A stretch of DNA of 32,000 nt, from positions 22,635 through 54,634 of the forward strand of contig JAQTTP010000006.1 in NCBI GenBank assembly GCA_028710695.1. Direction: 5' to 3'. The stretch comes from Candidatus Iainarchaeum sp. Lineage in GTDB: Archaea > Iainarchaeota > Iainarchaeia > Iainarchaeales > 0-14-0-20-30-16. The stretch's first letter is position 1, and each line of letters starts with the position of its first letter. Under the pieces are notes generated by a model, which ran no database searches, had not been told where the DNA came from, and saw nothing but the letters and a program-made list of their open reading frames with translations. Both the position numbers and the translations under genes were made by a program. Below are positions 26,110 to 32,000 of the stretch, in pieces.

Positions 26110-27258
26110 TTACTTAAATAATGAAACAAACCAATCAATTATTATTTGGAAAAAACCCCTATCTTCTTTTTCTTGCGGTTCTGCTTCTTCTTGCTCTGGT
26201 ATGGATGGTACGGACTTTCCTGTCATCAATGTTTCGCATTTATCTTTGCCGATGAATTCTCCGTCTATAAAACAATCTGCAGGGGGTCCATTGTCTGAAG
26301 GTTTTTCTTTACTTGTTGGTTCATTGCTGACTAGTGCTTTACAATCATCTTCGCCAATAAAATTTCCATTAATTATACATTCTTGAGGTGGTCCATCATC
26401 GGATTTATTATAATTGGGCTGGCCCTTAACTTCTGTCTGTACTTCTTTGCCTATTTTACTTTCATATTTTTGGGCATAATCAACTAAGGTTTTCAAAGAT
26501 TCCTTGGAACATCCGCCTCCGCCTTGCATCCCTGATTCTGTTACTGTTTCATTCATGTCGGGGTGAGTTTTTGTAAATTGTTCGCAATTAGTCGTATTGG
26601 TATTATAAATAGAAACTCTTTTCAGCTTTTTGAGGTTATCAAGACAGGACAAATCTCCCGTAATGTCCGGGTTTCCCGGATACTCATCTGCTATACCTAG
26701 CTCTTCAAGATTGGTTAACTTACTGAATACACAGATATCACCACTGACAAAAGTGCCGCTAACATATATTGCCTTTAAGTTTGGCATATTGGCAAAAACA
26801 GATATATCTCCGGAAATATTTGTATGTGTCATTGCAAAAGTCTCTAACTTAGTCAAATCTTTCAAGCAAGAAATATCTCCTGTTATTTTTGGGTCAAAGG
26901 CAAATTTCAAGCTTCTTAAATTTGTGGCTCCTGCTAGCGAACAGATATCACCATAAACATCAGGATTGGAATAAAGACTAAAAACATCCAGATTTACTAA
27001 ATTTTTCAAATTAGCAATATCTCCAGTAATTGTTCTGTCGGTTGCATCCATGTACTGCAAGCAAGTCAAATCCTTAAGTTGGTTTACATCTTTGAGTAGA
27101 TCTATATTATTAATTCGGATAAAATTCTCATCTTGATAAGCCATCTGGTAATCTTTATACACGGAAGTTGTAATATCTCCAGATTGGCATGGCGCAATGG
27201 CGTAAATAAAACTTACTGACAAAACTACCAATAATAAAAATAAAATTATTTTTCTCAT
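26110..27258 (-). CDS. Secreted leucine-rich-repeat protein with Cys residues, 382 aa
   Basis: Signal peptide MRKIILFLLLVVLSVSFIYAIA; repeats of type L..L.NL..L.L.....I.GDIS.L; C-terminal hydrophobic GFFQIIIDWFVSLFK. Confidence 0.85.
   Translation of the reverse strand: MRKIILFLLLVVLSVSFIYAIAPCQSGDITTSVYKDYQMAYQDENFIRINNIDLLKDVNQLKDLTCLQYMDATDRTITGDIANLKNLVNLDVFSLYSNPDVYGDICSLAGATNLRSLKFAFDPKITGDISCLKDLTKLETFAMTHTNISGDISVFANMPNLKAIYVSGTFVSGDICVFSKLTNLEELGIADEYPGNPDITGDLSCLDNLKKLKRVSIYNTNTTNCEQFTKTHPDMNETVTESGMQGGGGCSKESLKTLVDYAQKYESKIGKEVQTEVKGQPNYNKSDDGPPQECIINGNFIGEDDCKALVSNEPTSKEKPSDNGPPADCFIDGEFIGKDKCETLMTGKSVPSIPEQEEAEPQEKEDRGFFQIIIDWFVSLFK
26225..26401 (-). repeat. Two tandem copies of a GPPxxCxIxGxFIGxDxCxxLM module in the LRR protein
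   Basis: GPPQECIINGNFIGEDDCKALVSNEPTSKEKPSDN / GPPADCFIDGEFIGKDKCETLMTGKSV. Confidence 0.8.
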
Positions 27259-27401
27259 TTAAACAACCCTATCATTAACAGGTTACATTGTATTTAAATG
27301 TTTATAAAATCTTGGCTTGTTTTTTAATCGCATATTATGTGAAATTTGGAGCTCTACATTTGAACGTATAAATATATAAACAATGACAACAATCCTATTT
27401 T

Positions 27402-27866
27402 ATGAACTATAAACACACTCAAATTGGTTACCTAATGCTGATTGTTACACTGGCTGTGCTGGTGCTTTTTGTATGGACTTATATTACTGCCTCTGCTGAA
27501 CCCCCCTCATACTACTCAGGCACAAATTTTGCCTTTACCGCTATAATGGTATTAATTCTGTTTATTCTTGCTTCCTTTGCGTCACTTCAAGTAATTATTG
27601 ATGAAAAATATTTACGAATCAAGTTTGGATATGGTATTTTTCGGAAAAAGTTTTTGCTTAATGAGATAAAGTCTGCTAAAACCGTAAAGAATCATTGGTG
27701 TTATGGGTGGGGAATAAGAAGGTGGTTCTGGCCCAAGATGTGGATCTACAATGTTTCCGGTTTTGATGCGGTTGAAATAAAACTGAAAAATGGTAAAACA
27801 TACAGAATAGGCACTGATGAACCTAAAAAATTAGAAGAAGCAATTCTGCATTTAATTAAACAATGA
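27402..27866 (+). CDS. Two-TM membrane protein with PH-like domain, 154 aa
   Basis: Two TM helices, then LQVIIDEKYLRIKFGYGIFRKKFLLNEIKSAKTVKN...VEIKLKNGKTYRIGTDEPKKLEEAI, a bacterial PH-like pattern. Confidence 0.65.
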   Translation: MNYKHTQIGYLMLIVTLAVLVLFVWTYITASAEPPSYYSGTNFAFTAIMVLILFILASFASLQVIIDEKYLRIKFGYGIFRKKFLLNEIKSAKTVKNHWCYGWGIRRWFWPKMWIYNVSGFDAVEIKLKNGKTYRIGTDEPKKLEEAILHLIKQ

Positions 27867-27924
27867 AGAAAAGCGGTATTCTGAACTTGAATCACGCTGT
27901 GTTTTCTTAACTCTTCTGAAAGTA

Positions 27925-27934
27925 TTTATATAAA
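27925..27934 (+). promoter_or_regulatory. Candidate TATA box for the large surface gene
   Basis: TTTATATAAA, 65-74 nt upstream of ATG 27999. Confidence 0.35.
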
Positions 27935-27998
27935 TATCCTTTTTATTTTATACGTACATAATATATATAGTCACGCACGCACGCGCTTTGGTGATTTT

Positions 27999-30900
27999 AT
28001 GGGTTTAGGCGAATTTTTTGGAAAAATAAACGAGAAAATGAATGCTGGTTTTGACAGTATTATTGCTTTTTTGGATGAAAAAGGCATTCCTGCACAAAAG
28101 TATGCTGACTTTTTGGAAGAAAAAGGAATCCCCGCAATGTGGTTTACTCTTTTAATCATCGCCTTGATTATAGCTGTAATTGTTTTACTAGTAACCGTTG
28201 TATTCGCCTCAAGTGTAACCCTAAATCTATCTATAATGACTGATGATGGAACAACCCCAAGTTCAGTATTTTTGAATATTACTGGTTTGGATGGCGAGAT
28301 TTTTTTGTCTGAGCAGGTTCAAAATGGAACGCAGGTAAAAATAAAAGGAATTGGAGTTGGAGATTCTCTGTTCTTAAATTCAAGTTTGGAAGGATATAGC
28401 TTTACCTCCCCCTCAGAACTACCTATCTCTGAAAAAGAGATGTTGGTATCTTTGATTTTTGAAAAACAAGAAAAAACTGGAAAAGTAAGTTTTAAAGTAA
28501 TTAATGGTGAAGAACAGACAACTGTGGGAAGTGCAAAGCTTTCTATTTATGATGATGATGAGTTATTGGTAGAAGGGACTACTGATGAGTATGGTGGTTT
28601 TGATGCAGTACTGCCTTTGAAAAAAGTGAACTTGACAATTGACAGAGACGGATATGAACAATATACAAAGTCAGTTGAATTACTTGAAAATAAAGATTAT
28701 ATCTTCGAGCTTAGCCCCAAAGAATTTGATTCAAGTGAAGAGGGGTCTTTTAAGTTTGTTGTAAAGGATATGACACAAAATGCTTTGAATAATGTGAAGA
28801 TTGATGTTTATAATATAAAAACCAATGCAAAGCTTGGAAGTACAAATACAAATGAAGATGGTATTGGGGTATTTTCTGCAAAGAAAGGAACATCAATAAG
28901 ATTTGTTGCGCAGAAAGACGGATTTGCAGTATTTGACTCTAATGCAGAAGGAATCTCAAGAACTTTATTGACAGACGAAGAAGTTATTTCTTTTATGATG
29001 CCTATTGGTGGCGGAAAATTAAGTGTTATTGTGGTTGACTCTTTGGGTGTTGGAATTCAAGAAGCAAAAGTTTCTTTGTATACAACAATGCTTATTGAGC
29101 AATTAACACAAAATACCGATATTGGCGGGACAACAGATTTCTCTGGATTGGATTATACAATTTTGAAATACATTTCTGTTTATAGAGAAGGGTATTATCC
29201 ACAAACAAGATTATTGGACAGTACTTCTGAAATGAAATTTGAAATGGAAAAAGTAGATTTGTCAAAAGCAGCAATAGTTGATGTGTTTGTTATTGACAAA
29301 GATAATAAGCCAGTTGGAAGTGCAACGTTAGAATTTAAGTATGATGTTAACGGTGAATTATATCCAATAGCACATCCTAATCCAATTACATCTGTTACTG
29401 GTTATTTTACTTTTAACTTAAAACCAGATATTACTTTGACTGTGTCTGCAAATACAGACGACAAGTATGGTGAAGCATCTTTATTATTGAAAGCAGGAAG
29501 AAATAGAATTGATGTAAAAATGGAAAACACAGGAAGCAAATTTACAATGTACTTATACGACAAATATGGAAAGCCATTGGCAAATGCACATGTAATGCTT
29601 TTTGATAAACAAGGAAATTTAGTTTATGATGGATACACTGATGCAATGGGCAGAATTGAAGCAGACGCATTAGGAAACAAAGAATTGGATATGTTTGTTA
29701 CTGATGAAAATGGAAATACATACTCACAAACAATAAATCCAAAAGATAAAATGCAAATAAAACTGGATGATAATAAAAATAAAGACAAGTTATTTGTTTC
29801 TTTGTCTAAGGTAACTGACTTAGAAGGTAAAGAAGTCAGTGCTATGCAAAAAGGAAAAACTTATTTATTGGTATTTAATTTGTTTTGGCCAGAGGGGTTA
29901 TACTCTGGTGGGCTGCACATAAGATTGGGTTCAGATAGTGAAAAATATGTTGCAAATCAAGATGTGGGAATTATTGGATTTGATGGTGTTGCAGACAATT
30001 TCAAATATGGAATTAGTTATTCTCCATTACCTTTGCCAGGGGATTATTCAGTAGATTATTATTCTACTGGTGTTGCAGGGCAGTTTAACAAATGGTTAGA
30101 ATTATATTTCACAAATCCATCTGGAAATAGCAATTTGAAAGTAAGAGTAAAATCCAAAGCAACAACAGATCTGAACTCTATGGAAATAAGATACAGGGCT
30201 TGGACACAAGATACTAATGATGGCTTTACAAGAAACCCAGTAGACTCTATGTTGGGTACAAAAGAAAATATTACAACAAAATATAGTTTGTATGCAGACA
30301 CCTACCTAAAAGAACTTCAATTAATGGATGGGTCCTTGAATTGTGAAAATGATGTTTGTGTATCATATACAATTTTAGATGATCAATTTACTTATGATAT
30401 TGCAAAGTTCAATGGTGTGTTAGATTATTATTATGCCTTAGATTTAGAATTAACATCTATTATTGAACAACAAGTTTCTTTGTCTGTTCAGACAGAAGAT
30501 GATCCAAAACTTTATTTGAATAATTATTCTGAAAATATAACTGAGTTTTCTCCAAAAGATGAAAAAAATACAAAGCAAAATGTTCCAGTTGATATGTCTT
30601 CAATGGAGAAAAAGAAAGTAAGATTTTATTTCAACCCTTTCAAAGAAGGGCTTACAAATATTGTTGTGAAAACAATTACAACAAAAGGAGTAATTGAGAA
30701 AAATATTCCTGTAAATATTTTCCCTAAAAAAGAAATGGAAGTAATTTTGAATGCAGATTTTATCCCTCTTGGCGAAGACTTCCCAATAATAGTTAAGGAA
30801 AAAGGCGGAAATTATTTAACGAATGCAAAAATTACAATATTAAATAAAAAAACAAATAAGAATGCAATGTTTGTTGAAGGTACTGGCAAAGTTGACTTTG

Positions 30901-32000
30901 GAAAAGACGGAAGATATTTAATAAAAAATACTTTGGCTAGTGGATTTTACCTAGTTTCAGTTAGTGTGCCTGGATACTTACCAACTGAATTAGAAATTTT
31001 GGTTGGAAATGTAGGTGCATTATTTGTTAAAAGCGATAATGAATTGGTAATTCCAAAAAACACAAAACAAGGAACTGTAAAGATTGCAGTTCAAAATAAA
31101 ACAAAAATGCCAGTTGAGTCAATGTCAGTAAATATCGTTAGTTCAAGCTTGAGTCCAAACTTTGGGATAAGTGCAAAAATGGTTACTGGATTTATTGCAG
31201 CAAATGGAACTTCGGAATTAATGGTAATGGGTTCTTATAACGGCGAAGAAGAAAGAGAAAATGGTGTTGTAGAACTAGAAATTGTTGGAGTTCAAAATAA
31301 GAATGAAATTACAAAAATAAAAACAAAAGTATTTGTTTATTATAATAAAGAAATAAAGAACACAAGCTGTTTGTGGGCAAGTAAAGAGGCATTAATTTAT
31401 AGTTTGCCTGCTGTGCAAAATTCAAAAATTGAAGATAGTATTCTATTTAGAAATAATTGTGAGTTTGATTTGAAAGTAACTCCTCAAATGATATCTGATG
31501 ACTTATCAAATTACGGTTTGCAATTGAACTTGCAAGGATTTGATTTGAAAAAAGGAGAAGAGAAATCAATAAAATTCACATTAGTAAATTTAACTCCAAT
31601 AGCAATGGCAGATGAAACAAAAGTATTGTCATTGTATTTAGTAACGGATTATTTTACAAAGAATATTCCAATGAATGTTACAATTTGGAATGCTGCAAGT
31701 TCATTATCAATAATTACTGCTGGGCACGTATTTATTTCTGCGTTTAAAGAAATGCAAGGGCAATATGTTCCAGTAATTGTACAAAATAATGGAAGATTGC
31801 CAATATACAATATCCAAGTAATGGCATCTAATAATAGGTATCAAATGCAATCATATAATTATGGTGCTAATAATTATGGTTCAAACTTTTTGAATAGTTA
31901 TAGTCAGTTAAATAACAACAGATATAACCAGCAAGGTTATAATTCACAAGTAAATAATTATGGTGTTGATGCATATACTTACAATCCTTTATCTAATGGC
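27999..32000 (+). CDS. Very large membrane-anchored surface protein (>1334 aa; runs off right edge; absent from ORF track)
   Basis: ATG 27999 with GGTGAT-TTT context. Translates to MGLGEFFGKINEKMNAGFDSIIAFLDEKGIPAQKYADFLEEKGIPAMWFTLLIIALIIAVIVLLVTVVFASS... then repeated Ig-like / carboxypeptidase-regulatory-like beta segments (e.g. VDVFVIDKDNKPVGSATLEF, MYLYDKYGKPLANAHVMLFDKQGNLVYDGYTDAMGRIEA), apparently open to 32000. Confidence 0.9.
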   Translation, partial: MGLGEFFGKINEKMNAGFDSIIAFLDEKGIPAQKYADFLEEKGIPAMWFTLLIIALIIAVIVLLVTVVFASSVTLNLSIMTDDGTTPSSVFLNITGLDGEIFLSEQVQNGTQVKIKGIGVGDSLFLNSSLEGYSFTSPSELPISEKEMLVSLIFEKQEKTGKVSFKVINGEEQTTVGSAKLSIYDDDELLVEGTTDEYGGFDAVLPLKKVNLTIDRDGYEQYTKSVELLENKDYIFELSPKEFDSSEEGSFKFVVKDMTQNALNNVKIDVYNIKTNAKLGSTNTNEDGIGVFSAKKGTSIRFVAQKDGFAVFDSNAEGISRTLLTDEEVISFMMPIGGGKLSVIVVDSLGVGIQEAKVSLYTTMLIEQLTQNTDIGGTTDFSGLDYTILKYISVYREGYYPQTRLLDSTSEMKFEMEKVDLSKAAIVDVFVIDKDNKPVGSATLEFKYDVNGELYPIAHPNPITSVTGYFTFNLKPDITLTVSANTDDKYGEASLLLKAGRNRIDVKMENTGSKFTMYLYDKYGKPLANAHVMLFDKQGNLVYDGYTDAMGRIEADALGNKELDMFVTDENGNTYSQTINPKDKMQIKLDDNKNKDKLFVSLSKVTDLEGKEVSAMQKGKTYLLVFNLFWPEGLYSGGLHIRLGSDSEKYVANQDVGIIGFDGVADNFKYGISYSPLPLPGDYSVDYYSTGVAGQFNKWLELYFTNPSGNSNLKVRVKSKATTDLNSMEIRYRAWTQDTNDGFTRNPVDSMLGTKENITTKYSLYADTYLKELQLMDGSLNCENDVCVSYTILDDQFTYDIAKFNGVLDYYYALDLELTSIIEQQVSLSVQTEDDPKLYLNNYSENITEFSPKDEKNTKQNVPVDMSSMEKKKVRFYFNPFKEGLTNIVVKTITTKGVIEKNIPVNIFPKKEMEVILNADFIPLGEDFPIIVKEKGGNYLTNAKITILNKKTNKNAMFVEGTGKVDFGKDGRYLIKNTLASGFYLVSVSVPGYLPTELEILVGNVGALFVKSDNELVIPKNTKQGTVKIAVQNKTKMPVESMSVNIVSSSLSPNFGISAKMVTGFIAANGTSELMVMGSYNGEEERENGVVELEIVGVQNKNEITKIKTKVFVYYNKEIKNTSCLWASKEALIYSLPAVQNSKIEDSILFRNNCEFDLKVTPQMISDDLSNYGLQLNLQGFDLKKGEEKSIKFTLVNLTPIAMADETKVLSLYLVTDYFTKNIPMNVTIWNAASSLSIITAGHVFISAFKEMQGQYVPVIVQNNGRLPIYNIQVMASNNRYQMQSYNYGANNYGSNFLNSYSQLNNNRYNQQGYNSQVNNYGVDAYTYNPLSNG

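Noticed and set aside
26630-26956. + strand ORF antisense to the LRR gene (108 aa)
   Set aside because: Mirror of a repetitive coding sequence; repeats on the other strand keep the frame open.
27971-27986. CACGCACGCACGCGC short GC-rich tract considered as a microsatellite or operator
   Set aside because: Only about three imperfect units; too short to support a repeat or binding site claim.
1-32000. CRISPR arrays, tRNA/rRNA genes, transposases, toxin-antitoxin pairs
   Set aside because: Looked for regularly spaced repeats, cloverleaf T-arm consensus and typical motifs by eye; none seen. A tRNAscan-SE/CRISPR finder run would be decisive.

Overview
AT-rich archaeal chromosomal segment, most likely DPANN-like (inferred from protein types, not proven). 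Housekeeping genes recognised: ogg-type 8-oxoguanine glycosylase, cysS, cdc48-type double AAA+ ATPase, PAC2-family protein, L15e, RNase P proteins Rpp30-like and Pop5-like, Bud32 kinase, S15, S3Ae, UPF0147, MgtE. Between them lies a large cell-surface inventory: a CHASE2/class III adenylate cyclase cut by the left edge, four consecutive small proteins with pilin-like N-termini, a secreted 1444-aa protein of unknown family with a C-terminal sorting-like tail, an archaeosortase-like protein next to a patatin-like lipase, an HExxH membrane protein, a cysteine-containing LRR protein, and a >1330-aa membrane-anchored surface protein that runs off the right edge and is absent from the ORF track. Two small CDSs (54 and 41 aa) are also missing from the track. 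A recurrent GGTGAT-N3-ATG signal, an extended Shine-Dalgarno in canonical register, allows several start codons to be refined. The best candidates for a new system are (i) the pilin-like cassette plus giant secreted protein and (ii) the archaeosortase-like protein with unidentified substrates. No CRISPR array, tRNA, rRNA or transposon was recognised by eye.
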